DNA of 54,459 nt, filler included, from Basidiobolus ranarum (GCA_040143965.1; 3 parts of 3 records of this genome joined end to end with filler, not necessarily neighbours in it), one strand, 5' to 3'; numbered from the whole stretch's first letter, positions 22,817 to 37,036 are shown. The notes: generated by a model from the letters alone, not told the origin. Made by a program: numbers and translations.

Positions 22817-24956
22817 CTAAGCCCAACTCATGTACCGTTGGTCTTTGATTGAAGGGGCGGGGTGTCGAGAAATCTTCGGTGTCACACATCCATCGATTCG
22901 GGTATCTAAAGTATCGAACCATCGAGAGTTAGATGCATGCGACTTCAAGTACAAGTCCATCTTCAATTACCTTTGCTTGAATCCTCTTCAACTTTTGTCT
23001 TCGGTTGAAAGAACCCAAACTTCCGAATTAATCGATATACAGAACTAGGTTGGGAGTTTGATTGTTTCGCTTGCTGTTGCTGACGTTCACGCACACTTTC
23101 AAGTACAAGAGCTTTTAATGAGGTAAAGGAGCTCAAAACGTGCTTTATGAGAATTTATGTTAATAACTTATCAAATGGTAATGTAGTGTCAAAGAATACC
23201 AAATCATACATTTGCCTCATTTGTAGAGAAGAGTTGCACTGCCGCCTGCAGATCTCTTTCGATTTTGGCGATGTTTGAATATAGAAAGTCTATCATATCT
23301 TCACTGACCCCAATACTTGAAAGACCTCGATTATGCACCTCTTGTGCTTCTTCAGTATCAGGGCGTCTTCGGTTACCGCCCTAAAAATGCATCAAAGTTA
23401 CAATCGACTAAATGGTAGTTAATGAAGCACTAAGAACAAACCAATGAACTGGCGGACGCAAACTTCACGAAGGACTTAACCATGCCGCGATACTCATGGA
23501 TAAATGGATTCATAATGCGGATGTACGTCTCTTTCTTCCCAAAATCTATATTATTACACATTCCAGTAAGAACCTTGGCGCACAGTAGAAAGCCTCGTCG
23601 CTCTTCGACCGAGACACACTCATCAACCAAACTATAGTGGTCGGGAGAGATAATAGCTGTGTAAAAGCAAGCATGGCTTAGCTGAAAAGTTACCGTCTAC
23701 ATTGACCACATGTGCATCTTACCTGGTATGAAAAACCTCAAAAACAAGAGACTACCAACGGCTTTCTCTGAGGCAGACATCATTGTATCTTGTTTCCAAG
23801 ATCCAGAGTTTCTTGAGACTTTATTTTCTTTGCCAGCTGAATAGTAAATCTCAGATCTGGGGCGTTTTTGATCTAATTCTTCTGCTTTCGAAGGATAGAT
23901 AATATAATTACCAGTTTTGGAAATGGATGTAACTATTTCATTAGATAGTCTTTTCCAATAGCTACTCATAGTGACAGAGGTGCGGTTGGACTTCGATTCG
24001 TCAGTCTCTACCCTTGGCTTAGCGGCCATCGGTCCCCAAGTATTTTCGATCTCAGTTTTCATGAAATGGCAAAGGCGTCGAAATGAAGCAGGCATCTTAT
24101 GTTGATTTCCAACCATAGATGCCAGCAGCATAACACAAGCTTTTTCCAGGTAGTCCTTATGCTCGTCAATTTCTTCCGAAGAGTACTCTCGGCCTAGGCG
24201 AAATCCATCGATTTCACAATTTGATGCAAAAGGATGGATTGATAGTATCGTATGATGTAGTGAGTCTACTAAGTAACCTTGTCCCTCATACCAAAGAAAT
24301 GAGTTCATCAGCTTTGTGGTCATACAGTTTTCACGCAATGTATCGCTTGCGTCTAGCCCTTTAGCATCTGTCAAACCAAGAAGAAAAGACATGAGAAAAG
24401 GTCGGTGGGAGGGGATATGTGTGCTTATGTTCGCTTACAGTTTTCGGCCATCTTCTGCTTTAATATACGTTTGAGGAAATGTTCGAGCCAGCTCGAGTCT
24501 TCTTGTTTTAACCAAACAATAATGGCTTTGGCAAAGGTGGCGGCTGAATCACCACCTATAGTAGTTTGACATATAGCTACTAAAAGTTGAAAATCATCGG
24601 CCATTAATAAATCGCCAATCTGTTTCGAATAATAGCTGCTAGATGCAGTAGAATTTGTAGACTATACATAACAGAAAGAGTAATCAATTATTATGTTTTA
24701 CATAAATACACTATACAAAGAGTAGAATGAAGTACTTTGATCGAGTTTTCCCGTGCAAGTGGCTTATTAACAAATAAGCTAAGTCGATGACTCTGACGCT
24801 GTATCGTCGCCTTTAGTCGCTAAAAGTATTACCAAGTCAGTACAAAACTCCCCGATTTCTATTTCACTTTAATTGTAAGCTCTCACTTACAGACACAGGT
24901 TCTCTCTCACGACTTCTAGACATTTGAGAGCCAACTTCACTTGGTGGACCAGCCAT
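22817..24956 (-). CDS. Stand-alone RasGAP-domain protein (multi-exon)
   Basis: Arg-finger region DTLRENCMTTKLM, LLFLRFFIP/AIISP motif, RRGFLLCAKVL, MNPFI. ATG at 24956, probable 5'-UTR intron 25029-24968, TAG at 22819-22817. Confidence 0.85.
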
Positions 24957-27900
24957 ATTTAGTGTTCCTGAGGCTGGCTTTTTTGTCTCAGTTATGCAAA
25001 CAAATTCTCGCGGTTTCGTAGGCGGTTACCGTGAAAGAAAACAGCAAAAGATTTCCGGTTTTGCTATAGATATTAGGAGTGATTGAGGATAACTCGAACT
25101 GGATTTGAGAAATACGTAGACACAGAAATGATGGAATAGAAAAGGATGGAAATTATATTAAAAATAAGAAAAGAAACTAAGAAAATAATCGGAAGTCAAA
25201 CAAAAAGAGAGAGAGAGTAGTGTTGTTGAGAGAAGATTTAGAGTCAGTCGAATAGGTTGGCTTTTTCAAGGCTATTATGTGTGCTAAACAGGAAATAATA
25301 TTCTTTCACAAGGATGGTGAAAGAATTAGAGGTTTGTAACAGTAGCTCTGATATTCATAAAAGTAAAAGGTAAAAAGAGTATATCAATAGAAATAAGTAG
25401 AGGGTGAATAGTAAATATTACGTATAAAAACGAAGTCGAAGAATGGGAATCAAAGAAAAAGGAAGAAGCCAAATGATGGATTAGTAGAGCAATATAAAGA
25501 CAAATGTTAGAGGGGGGCACAGTAGGATTTAGTGAGGGATTTTCGACCGAGATTCTACCATTTTGCATTCAGTTCCGATTGATTCATAAATCGCCGCCAT
25601 GATTGGTGGAAAGGAGAACATAAAATGAGATGATGGCAAGAATTTAAGGAAATTTGAATACACAATAATAAGTTTTGCGTGACATATTAGATTAAGCTTT
25701 CTTTCCTTTTTTCTACTGAATAACAATGCCTACCAAAACCTACAAATATCGATCACATACAGTGTTTCAGTCAAATTCGAATCATCTTAATCTGGGAAGA
25801 AATTGTCTAAAATGTAATCACTAATGTAACACATTAAAAATACCTTCATCCAATTGAATGCCTGGTATGACTCAAAAATATTGGTATGGGGATATGTCAG
25901 AAAGGATGAAGAAGCGGAAGATCATTCGGAGCACATTGCAATGGATGGCGGGCTACTTCATTTAGGCTTGGTCCATCGATAGCAGGATATGTACATCGCC
26001 TTAAACAATGCAAGATACATATAAGCAGTATCATGCAGCAGTTTACTAAATTTACGATAGAAACCGACCCTGAAATCAAGCCTATCCCCGCATCGATACA
26101 TTCACACCCCGCACTATCGGTACAGAAGTGGGCATCCTCTGCCCATAATTTACTGTGGCTAGGCAGCTTTCCTTGCGCTACGACCTCATCCCATTGTGAT
26201 TTGCACACAGTCCACACCCGTGATCAATGTAGCTTAGAAAAGACATGTTTGTAGCACAAAAGCACCGACATTTGATGTGCACACTCTAAGAATGTTGGTC
26301 TTAAATCGATCAGCTCAACAAGTAGCTCTACTCTGTATGCTCTGTAACAAATGGTTCTCAAGCCAGATCAAACCCGTGAGCACTTGATGGGAATGATTGC
26401 CAATGGTGCTGTAAAGAGCTAGCTGAGCATTCAATGTGTCTTAGGGTGATGATATGCTAAGCTGAAACATGGTCTTTACTCGTTGACGCATTGTGGTATG
26501 GTGCTGAGAGTATATGCGCATTATACGATATACTCAAGCATATTAAGCATTTAATCACCTTGGAATCTCATGAATCATCACCAGTTTCTGATGGCTGGAT
26601 GCTAGCGTAGTGTTTTCAAGAATGAATCGCACCAGTGCTGTTTCATTTGTATATCCCCGAATGCATTTGCTAGGATGGTTGGTAGGCCACCAATTGAAAG
26701 CAGTAGCTAGTTTAAGAAGAGGCCCAATTAATTAACGAAAGGCCAGATGCGGTCCGTGGATTTACATCGTTTAGTGGCAATTCAGTCACGGCCTCACACA
26801 GACTACTGATATGTTAGAAGTGGGGTTTCAATTTCAGTGAGGTGAGATCTGGAATGCTCATACATTTGGCAACCTGAATGAACGCTTGGGCTGAGGTTTC
26901 TCTGTTACCTAGTGCACATCCGTTCAGCGAATGCAAAGGTATCTTTGTGCTTCCCCCCTATTCGCCCATCTGGTAATGATCATGATGATTTATCATTCCT
27001 CGCAATCAACTAGTTTTTGGCTAATTTTGATACAAAAAGTAGTCACTTGATGGGACGTCACTTATTGGGTTTTGGAGGCACTCAATCCTCTTGGGTCGCG
27101 AGATACTGCCTAGCCCTACGCCAACTAGTCACACATGGCCAGTAGTCTATTCTGTATTTGAAGTTTCGAAGCACATTCAATGAAATGGCACCTAAACTGT
27201 AGTATAACAGTTAAATTATGTTACAAGATATCTTGTATTTGATGCTGACATCCCCCATCATCTAAACTATGAATCTTTTTGCGCTCCTGCCCATCTGGAA
27301 ATGCATATTTCCCCCGTCTTCAGTCCTTGTAGACTTTACGTCAAGGTGACTCCGTCTTCTCGCTCTTAATTTCCCGTGTATTGAGTTTGACTGATACGAG
27401 GTAAATATTACTAGCTTCAGTACAATAGAAAGACTCCTAAGATGAATCCAAGAGTTGCACAGCAGCGATACAAGTTTACAGCCAGCTGAGATAAATACTC
27501 CTTGTGAATTGCACCGATTATTGATACCTCAATTTCAATAGAATAGGGCACCGTCAGCTGACTTCTAAATAATGGATGTTCGGAAAGATATTAGCATTTT
27601 AAATAGTCCATATGGCTTGATAAGCCTCTCAACGAGCAACAGAGCACTCCTGCTTCTTAGAAGTAGGAATACGACTCGAACCTGTGTACTAAGGTTCTTA
27701 ATGATTACTTATCATTTGTCGCCTCACAAACTATTCATCCCAAACGAGTGGTAATTGACCATTGACTCAAGATACTCTCAACTCTGACCATTAGTGAAGT
27801 CGTGAAAATGGTTTACAACAGCGCGTGGATTGTTGTTGATGTAAGCTGAGTTCAAATTAAGCTAAATTCATTTCTATATGCTAGAGAAAAGATTCTAAAA

Positions 27901-30058
27901 CCAAACTGGCCAATCCATTAGGTTACATGATACCAGCTCCTTCGAAGAATTTGAACGTGGATAGATTATGTAAGCTAGTTATCACGATCGTTATGTTTTG
28001 CCAAACGATCACCCGATAAAACATATCATATTAGCGCAGGTAGCGGAACAACCTTGATTGGTCTGTATTCAATCCAGTCAAAAATGCTTGACTTGGCTCA
28101 TTCCTGGGTTACTTGATGCTTTGTCATCGGTGTGGATAGGGAGGTACTAATATCCGTTCTTTAGCTGCAGCCGAGTGGGTTACCGAATTTGAACCGCTGA
28201 AACTGATATTGGAGAGTGGAATGCAAAAGGAGCGGATCGGATCGCATGTGGAGGAAAACACTGCTGGTTGAAACCTTCGCTTCCGTTCTAATGGACGTCG
28301 CAACTCTTGTTGGTACAGATGCATATAGCACGATAGAGATCTGATTAGATTGTAGGTGATGCTACAACAGAAGTATCAAATCCCAAGTCAGGAATCATCC
28401 TCGTCAGTGTTTCGAGCAAATGAAAAATATGCATGATAAATGCATCCTATTACGTGCTTCATCTAAGCCATGGTTTGGCCAGTTTCCGACTTTTCCAACT
28501 CGGGCTCGTCCGGACAAGTAGCATGGAATGAACTTAAACGGCTGATATATACCATTAGATTTTAGAACACTATCTTAGTGAATCTACATAGGAGAGTAAC
28601 CCGACCACTCTTGAGACAAAGTATTGTAAATACCTGGTAATTGTGACCCTGTGTTTAGTGCCAAAAGAAAGGCTGGCCAATGAAGACGATGCATTTCCGA
28701 TCAAGAACGAGGATCATGTACTGTTGCGTTCATGAGGTGTTTCATTCCGCTATCCATATCATCGCGCTTACAGCACCATTGTTTATCTTCTGATAAGAAT
28801 CATTTATGAGAAAGACTGCCTAATATCACCTGCTGATGATGCCAAATCATCTCCCTTTGCTACTGTACTGTCAGGAGTAATATGGAAGTAGCAAATAATG
28901 GTGGCAATTCTGCCATGACATCATACGCACAGCGACAGACAAATTGGCGAGTTTGCAGTGGGTAACGTTCTCTGGCCAGTTCGAAGAGTTGCTTTAAAAC
29001 ATTCAAGGAGACATTAAGAATAGGGTGTTCTGAATAGTGATCATGCAATCTATGTAAACTTGGCTTAGATGTCAAATCAACGGCAATTCCAACGCAGTCA
29101 TGAAAAATCCAAGGCGCCTCGGATCGTTGATGTTCTTAGCGTTTGAATGAATGGGTGCCAAAGTTATATGTTTACAGTAGTTTGAGAGTATTGAAACAGT
29201 CTCCTTAAGCAGCTTGAGATTTGGAAGCAAACTCCAGCTAATGTCCAATACAGTGGAAGGTGCTGCGCCGTTGAGCTCATCGGATGAGGAAGAGAGTGTT
29301 GGTCCACATGGCGATACAGATGATAAGATTGTCACTCACGCAGGGAAAATACCAGATACTTCCAGACATTTCAACCCACATGCCAACCTCACCATGTGCT
29401 AAGATGGATTGGACAATTCGTAGTGATCCCATTTCATATATTCCTTAGTGAATCTAATGTACACTTGTTCGGAATCAAAGATGGTGGAAATAGCTCTGCG
29501 GGCTTATTGATATCCGAAGTGGATTTACTAGGATTTCCAATTTATTTTGAAACCAAACTAGTTGGTTCTCTGTCTTCAGTGAATTGCATTTTGCATCGAA
29601 TCAATGAAACGACAAGACAAAAATAACACTACGTCTCAACAATGCTGGACTCACTAGTGTATTGTGGCAGGGGTGGGGGTCTTCTACTAATTGTGGTGCA
29701 TCCGACTCCATGAAAATCCGGGTAGATAAGCTTGTGGCAAGGTGGAGGTGGTAAGCCAATTTATGACATCGTGCATAGTGTCCTTCGCCTGTTATCCAGA
29801 GTGTTATCATTAGTTACTGTCAAAGTGGAGCAAATTACACTGTAGTTCTCTGTCCAATATCCATTTTCCAAGAATCGTATCTAATTTGTGATCCCTTGCA
29901 GCTTTGCATGAAAATCCATATCGAATCCCCTCCATAGCCCTTATATCGAATCACATATAAAAGGCTCCTCGCGACATTCCCCAGCACTGCATATTTTGAA
30001 TAACATCTCATTCCTACAGAGTTGATTATTACTTTCTATTATTAAGATACCAGTCCAC

Positions 30059-31570
30059 ATGGATGTACTTCAGCTTATAAGAGCCAGCAGTGAGGTAAAC
30101 TTTTTCATAGTAGCCTCCTTCGACACGACGGCGGAGGAGCGTTTGCGGATCATTTGTCTAACGTACATTTATCACATCAGGCTATCATTCAAATTGCGAT
30201 AACCTGTGGGGCAGGGGTTTATCTGTGCAGGCATGGATGGTTAACTCCTTCGTATCAAAAGGTTTAGTTTACACCATTCGCTGTCTAATCCTCGTATTCT
30301 CTCTAATGATCTGCACCTCTTTGTAGTTTCTTTCTTCGTTGAATCTCAATTTCCTGACACCATGTCTGATGTTTGTGAACGTTGCATCTAGCATTTCACC
30401 CTCTATTTTGGTGGCATATTGGCCAATCCCTATTTACTCGCTTGTGTTCACCATTGTAACTATGATGATCACTTACGCTTCCTCCTACATCTTCAAATTC
30501 AGTAGTGAGGAGAGAAACTTCGCTCAGGCGGCTACTATGTTTCCAAATACAAATAGCCTTCCCATACCGTTAATTCAGAGTTTGGCTGGAAGCTCAGCAG
30601 CCATCCTACTGCAATGGCATGGTAATGAAACTGCTCTCCAAATTGAAACTAGGTAAGTTTATGAAATATTTCGGGATCCATTTGCACAAGTTTAACGCTG
30701 AATCAATCATGATTTAGAGGCATTTCATACATCGTGGTATTTGCTATCTTGGGAAACTTTCTTCGCTTCAGCTATGGTATGGTCCTGTTGAGAAAACCTA
30801 AAGAATTAACAGAGGAATCAGAAGCGGAGATAACTGGAGACCCATTGAATGCACCAGAATTCAAGGGAGAAAACGGCTTTTCGATGGACGAAGTAAAGCC
30901 TCAACAGAGGTTGACCCTCACTACAAAAGAGTTGGATTCAGTGGTAACTGTGATGGAATTGAATGATAAACAGGATATTGATTCGTCTGATTCCATTATT
31001 ATCGTCGAAACTAGACATCGAACCTTTTGGAGTAGAATTAAGAAAACCCTGAATTCCATAAGAAAGCTAATGAACCCACCGCTAATTGCCACTTTTGTCG
31101 GATTACTTGTTGGATTGATTAACCCAGTTCGAGAAGCACTGTTTGGACCAAACCCGATACTAAGACCTTTGACACGAGCACTTGATGCCACGGGAAATGC
31201 TTCTATACCGCTGATCTTGCTCTGTTTGGGAGCTCAGTTGAACGGACTATTTGGTAAAGGGCATAGGGTAAAACGGTCGATTGTGTTTGTACTGGTGGTT
31301 CGACTTCTGAGGATGCCATTAATAGCGGCAGGTATTGTGATGGCAACTCGACATCTTTTCAGCCTCGGTCAAGACCCTTTGTTTATTCTTACAATGATGG
31401 TACTGGGAAGTAGTCCCACAGCCATTAACTTGATAAACATATGCCAAACCGAAGGATATTTAGAGGACCAAACAGCACAACTGTTGCTTTACGCTTACGT
31501 TCTAGCCGCACCAGCACTAACCTGCTGGGTGGTTGGGTTTCTTTGGTTGGTTGGATATGCCAAAGTATGA
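30059..31570 (+). CDS. Auxin-efflux-carrier-family (PILS/ECM3-like, Mem_trans) membrane transporter, 4 exons
   Basis: MDVLQLIRASSE/AIIQI..., LNLNFLTPCLMF, FPNTNSLPIPLIQSL, MNPPLIA, GNASIPLILLCLGAQL, SPTAINL. Two TM blocks around an acidic loop. TATAAAA at 29956-29962. Confidence 0.9.
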
Positions 31571-32427
31571 ATGAATTCATAAGCCTCAATTTTTTCACTA
31601 AAACTGCATGTAATTAGTTCACCCTTTTACAACCTCTATACTCTCAACAGAAGGGAAGCATTCTCTTTTCTGAGTCGGTTATTCCATATGGTTGATGGAT
31701 GGATACTGTTACACTGTTCCCTTGAATATGCGGTAACTGAAATATCGGTATAAGTAAAATAAAGATAGAGTTGAAAATAGATCAAAGATAGATATTATCC
31801 ACCACACAAGAATTCCATTTTCTAGAATTTTTATGCAACGTCTGGTTGATGGATATATAACTGGCTGGTGTGGGTTAGTAAATCGAACTCCAAGTACATT
31901 GAAACAATGTGAGCATGATAAATAGTGTGATCAGCATCACATGTCATATCCAATGGGTACTATTTGCCCTAAGGGGTATTTAACCAGAAGTAGAATGCAA
32001 GCTTCCCTCCAGAGGTTCTTGATTAGGAAGTAGATGGCCATCATCTAGTAAACATCAGGATTGATTTGTTAGATTCAGTCGTTTCAACCAAGTTTCCGAA
32101 ATCTTCCCCGCCCTTTGATGATCTATTGGAGTGATTACTTTTCTATATGGCCATTACACTTGATTCACGAATTCTAATCCCTTTAAGCTGGTTACTAAAT
32201 GGTACTGATCATCTCCCAAGAATAGTCCCAGTTTGGATCAGTGGTCACATACATCTATGGGGAATTCATTTTAGCCACTAAAGCCAAGAAATTGTGTACC
32301 CAGTCGAGATTTCAATAACATTGCGACGTAAGTAAAGTAGATAGAAGTGATTCCACTCGAGGACTTTGAGATAATCTCCATTTAGATATTTATTTTCAAG
32401 GAAAGATACAAGCCGACATTTTAAGCA

Positions 32428-35400
32428 TTAAATTTGACTCAAAGTATCCAAAGATTCCTTATTTTCTTTCTCCAAAGTGGCAACCTTTTCGTGACTAGAT
32501 TTAACATTCTCTACTAACCATTTGATTCTACTTTCCATCTCTTTTGGTATACGAATATTCATAAACGCTCCATGAATATCCTTTAATTCTTGTTCATATT
32601 TGAGAATCTTCTCCGTCTCCTCACTGATAATTTGTTTATTAGTGAGAATGCTCATCTTGGAAGCAAACTGAGTGTCTTGCAACAGCTCCGCAAATACCGA
32701 ATAATAGATCGGTTTCCCTGGACGAACAGAATAAGGACGTCCTAAAAAATAGGGATTTTTAAGTTCCACTGAATAAAAATACCTTCACCAAACCTACACA
32801 TACCGTGAACATGGTTGATACTAATTAACCCAGAGTATTCCATAGCATGAAGTGCTTCTTCATTTCCATTGAACAAACGAGAGAATACCACTTGATCGTA
32901 GTTAACCTAAATCCATGTCAAACGCAAGTTAAGTAACATTCTGGTGTTAGTTTCCAAGTCCACAACGATAAACAAACCTCAGCATTCTTAATGATTTCTT
33001 GGATCAGATACCAAATCTGAATTGGACTCCATTGAAGTTGCTTTTGCTTGGAAAAGTCTCCTCCGAATGCATTTTTACGAAGTTCGTTTAATGATTTATG
33101 AATAATATCGTCGATAGCCTCTAGAAAGTTAATGGCGTTCAGTGGGTATTCTTTTCAGATGAATTTAACTCTTGAAATCTTACCGGTAGGTGTAAAGCCC
33201 ATCTTAACCTTTTGAATGAATTGTTCAAGATCGGTCAATCTTCCGCCCAATAAGCTGACCGATTCTTTGAGCTCAGGTAAGTCACCAGTGCCTAGTGCAT
33301 GCTGAACATAAGCCATAGCATTGTCTGGGCTAGCATCACGAAGAGTGACAACATCAATTGGCTTCTGGGGTAGCGCTAGGGGACACAATGACTTTGAGTA
33401 CAAGTTTAGTGGAGAAGATTAATGCATGCGACTTACCTTTACTCAAGTGCTTAAGTGCGGCGACATTTTTACTAACAAAGATGACATGAGCCAATTTTCC
33501 TTCTACCAAAAGAGCACCCCATTCGGCAAGGTTAGTCCAGAGATCCTGAAGTTGTTCAGTTTCTTTGTGCATGAACCCGTCGATGATGACAATGGGGATA
33601 TCCTCATTTTCTGGTAACATCGGTTTCTCTTTGCTTTCATCTTCATGATCTTTTTTGATCTTTCTAACCACAGAATGTAAAGAGATGGCAATGCATTCCA
33701 AAATCTTCTTGATTTGGGATCCGGTGGTAGAGGAGAGGCCTTTTCAATTAGAATTAAGTGATCAGTTGTGAGTAAATCTCGAGGGTTAAGACTTGAAGAA
33801 TACGTACCTGCTTTCTGACCGGTAGTGGCGCTCACAAAATTATCCAAAAGGTTGGTTGCTCCGACCAAATAGCTGAATAATGGGAAGTATCCTACTTGCT
33901 TCGCCAAGTTCTTCAACAACTCATTATCATTTCTAGCGGCGGAGATTTTCTTACAGTCGATGATAACCTTGTGCCTATTTGTATGGCAAGTCTCGTCATT
34001 GGTATATCACAAACAAAGCGAAGTCAGACATATGCCTCTTACTTGCAATCTCCGGTTAATTTCTTCACCAACTCTTCTTTACCGGAGCCCTGAGGACCAG
34101 TGACCAAAATAAAAGATCCTATGGATTGAAGAGGAAGCAAGATCCAACGTTAGAATAAGAAACATAAACCAGCTGACAAAAGAATTAAGAGTATGTACCA
34201 GGAGCTTCTTGAAGCAGCGCTCTCAAGCGAGCCTCATCTTGCTCTCTTCCACCAAGAATGGAGGATTGTTTGATATCTTTTTTGTTTTTGAACAACATCA
34301 ACCTATCTATTGTTTCTCTTCGGATCCATCTCAAAGCCGGATATTGATCAGGGTTAAATCTCTGAGTTAATTGATTTGTAACAAAGAAGACTCGAATCGG
34401 ATCTAAGATAGCGTAGATGATACCAATACTTGAAGCGGCGAAGAAGGGAATCTAACAAGCAAGTGTGTGAGATGATTTTCAGGCGCTACGGAGATCCTTT
34501 AACTTTGATGAAACCTACCGTAAATCTTGGATGAGAGGTTACCCAGTCTCTGATCACATTGGCTTTCTAGAATGGAGAAACGCTGTCAGTCGTTGAAGAG
34601 AATTTCCAAGTATGTGCTAACAAACCATGGTTTTTTCATAGCCAATATTGAGTCGAGTCCCTCCAATCACTTCTCCGTGAACACAATTCTTGGCGCTGGT
34701 TGCTGATCGTATACGAGAAAACTGTACGATTGCGTGTCTTGGAAGGTCCTTGGAGGCGGGTGACTGCAATTGAATATCAAAGATTTTACCGAAAGGTCGG
34801 AACTCTTTGAACAGCGTTTCCTATTGAAATGGTGAGTGAAAAGGGTCTCATTGAAAGCAACATCAGTTATACAAAATTTCACGTACAATCGACAAATCAG
34901 ATCCTTGAAACTCCACTCTCAAACGACTACACAACATGACAGGAATCAACTTTTGGTTAGCGAACATGGCGAGTTTTATATTAGATGTTAGACTCGTATG
35001 GTTTCTACTCACCTGGTGGGATATTTTGTAAGCATATCTTCAATAAATGGTTCCCCCTACGAATGAATTCAATGGAAATATTTAATCAAACTATAGAACA
35101 ACAATTACTCTTCTCAATCTCTTTAGCCGATACTTACCTTCACTCTAAAAGCGTGAGTTTTCTGACCATTAAACCAGTTTACTTTGAGTCCGGTCTCCAA
35201 GTGAGTACGTATATGACTCACAATCTCCTTCTGTGCATTCACAACATCGGTGCCAGCTTTAGATAGGTTAAAGGTATAATACATCAACATACCACCATCT
35301 TTCAGTCTATCCAATATGAAAGGCAATAAAGTTAAAAGAAAAGGACACCCAAGATATGCCTATCCATAAACCGCCAGAATTACCTTGGTTCAACACCACG

Positions 35401-35735
35401 TACTTGAAAATCAAAAGGTAAATTCTCTGGTAACAAACTAGTTTTAACTTTTCTCTCTAGAGAACTTTTGGTCGGTTGAAATAACAAGTTTCTGATATCG
35501 AATCGAGCAAAACGTATTGGGTAAACATTGTCATAATAAATGGCTGCTCTCACAGGCTCTATTATCTAATAAAATTTGGTTAACTTTCTTAGAGAGATAA
35601 CTATAAATACTCAACAAAACTTACCTGCTCACTGACACCACTCAACCCAGTTCCATTGGTGTTGGTTAGAAAACGTCTTTGTACGGGAAACCCCCGAGTA
35701 AATACAAGCTTTCGTGTGCTTTTTAAAGAAAGCAT
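32428..35735 (-). CDS. YME2: Mitochondrial escape protein 2 (RRM + RNA12 P-loop domain), many exons
   Basis: Presequence MLSLKSTRKLVFTRG. YYDNVYP, LKDGGM, GEPFIEDM, RRM (LFKEFRPFGKIFDI...SATSAKNCVHG), SHPRF, GPQGSGK, AKQVGYFP, LGGRLTDLE, RPGKPIY. Confidence 0.92.
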
Positions 35736-36340
35736 AGCACAAAAGAAGCAACCTTTGTTTAGTGTGTGCTTGGATAAAAGTTCAATTTTCTAATATGACA
35801 TTCATCATTTCTCCCCCATGACGTAGAAACTAAATTTACCAACTCTATTTGGAAAATTTCGATTTTTCCCTCTACCTGATTTCAGTCAACTCAATATCAT
35901 TCTCCCCACAATTTCATAATTATTTCGACTGCAATCCTTTCATATTATCAAATCACAGCATCTCAATCCGCAATGGATTTTCTAATCTTGCTCAACGTTG
36001 TGGCATTTGTGGAGAATGGCTTCTAAATGGTATTTATATAAAATCCATTGTATGTATGCGCATACTGTATATATGCCTGTATGGAAAAGGGAGAGTACTA
36101 TATAAAAGGAAAAAGGGAAAATCGAATGAAATAACAAAAGGAAGACCGATGGAAGTAAGTGATGAAAGTATTCAAAGCATTGGAGGAATCAAACAGAAAA
36201 AGAATATAGGCTACAAACAAAACAACTCTGGCTAGAATAGACCGCGAAACTTGGGAGGTATCTCATTTAGGAATAAACAGACAGTTTCTAGCCCCTTTCT
36301 CGATTTCGTTCGTTTACAATCCCCATGATGGAAAGTTAAT

Positions 36341-36440
36341 NNNNNNNNNNNNNNNNNNNNNNNNNNNNNNNNNNNNNNNNNNNNTTAATTAATTAANNNN
36401 NNNNNNNNNNNNNNNNNNNNNNNNNNNNNNNNNNNNNNNN
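36341..36440. other. Assembly gap with artificial six-frame-stop spacer
   Basis: 44 N + TTAATTAATTAA (36385-36396) + 44 N, identical in layout to the first gap. Confidence 0.97.
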
Positions 36441-36644
36441 GAGCTCGCCATAAACGGTCGGAACTGGAAAGTCATCTCCAAAAAGTTGCCAGCTAGAAGT
36501 CCGCAGCAATGCCGTCAAAGGGCAAATATGTTACTCAGTAAGGGACTAGGGACCATCTTTGTCGATCACTCAGTAGGACCATACGTTCGCTATGGCTGGT
36601 CAGATAGCAACGACTTTGAACAGCGTTTCGAAAGCAAATCCTAG
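36441..36644 (+). CDS. 3' end of a Myb/SANT-repeat protein (5' part lost in gap)
   Basis: Open frame from the gap edge: ELAINGRNWKVISKKLPARSPQQCRQRANMLL...FESKS*, matching the Myb pattern G.NW..I...LP.RS..QCR.R. Not in the ORF track. Confidence 0.8.
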   Translation, partial: ELAINGRNWKVISKKLPARSPQQCRQRANMLLSKGLGTIFVDHSVGPYVRYGWSDSNDFEQRFESKS

Positions 36645-37036
36645 AAACCATCGTAACTTTATGAAATTTTGGGATATTTTCCAAGATTTTTTGAACATTT
36701 TAGATATACACCTCTCCATTTGAACATTACCTTTTCTATACATATCTGTATTGTCTCTTACTTATTCCATTAAAGGTCCAGCATTTAGACAACCTTTATT
36801 CACAACAAATAGAGCAGCCATTAATATTATTAAGAATCCGTATTGCCACATATTGACGACGGCTATTATTGTATATGGTAATACTCGACTAGGTAAACCA
36901 AGTAACTATTAAAGCTTCGATGTACTATGTGTAATGGAATGGTTTATCATAGTAAAAAGAAGGGAGTGCTAGTCTGCATGTATTTGTGAAGTGAAATAAG
37001 GTTTAAAACAGACAGGATAACATCAATATGCATTCT

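Noticed and set aside
26443-26560. GTGATGA...CTGA C/D snoRNA-like boxes with an imperfect fold-back
   Set aside because: No terminal stem, no rRNA guide I can verify, and such short motifs occur by chance. A snoscan/Infernal hit would be needed.
27660-27690. GGTTCGAGTC on the minus strand (B-box-like)
   Set aside because: Flanks do not form a T-stem or cloverleaf.
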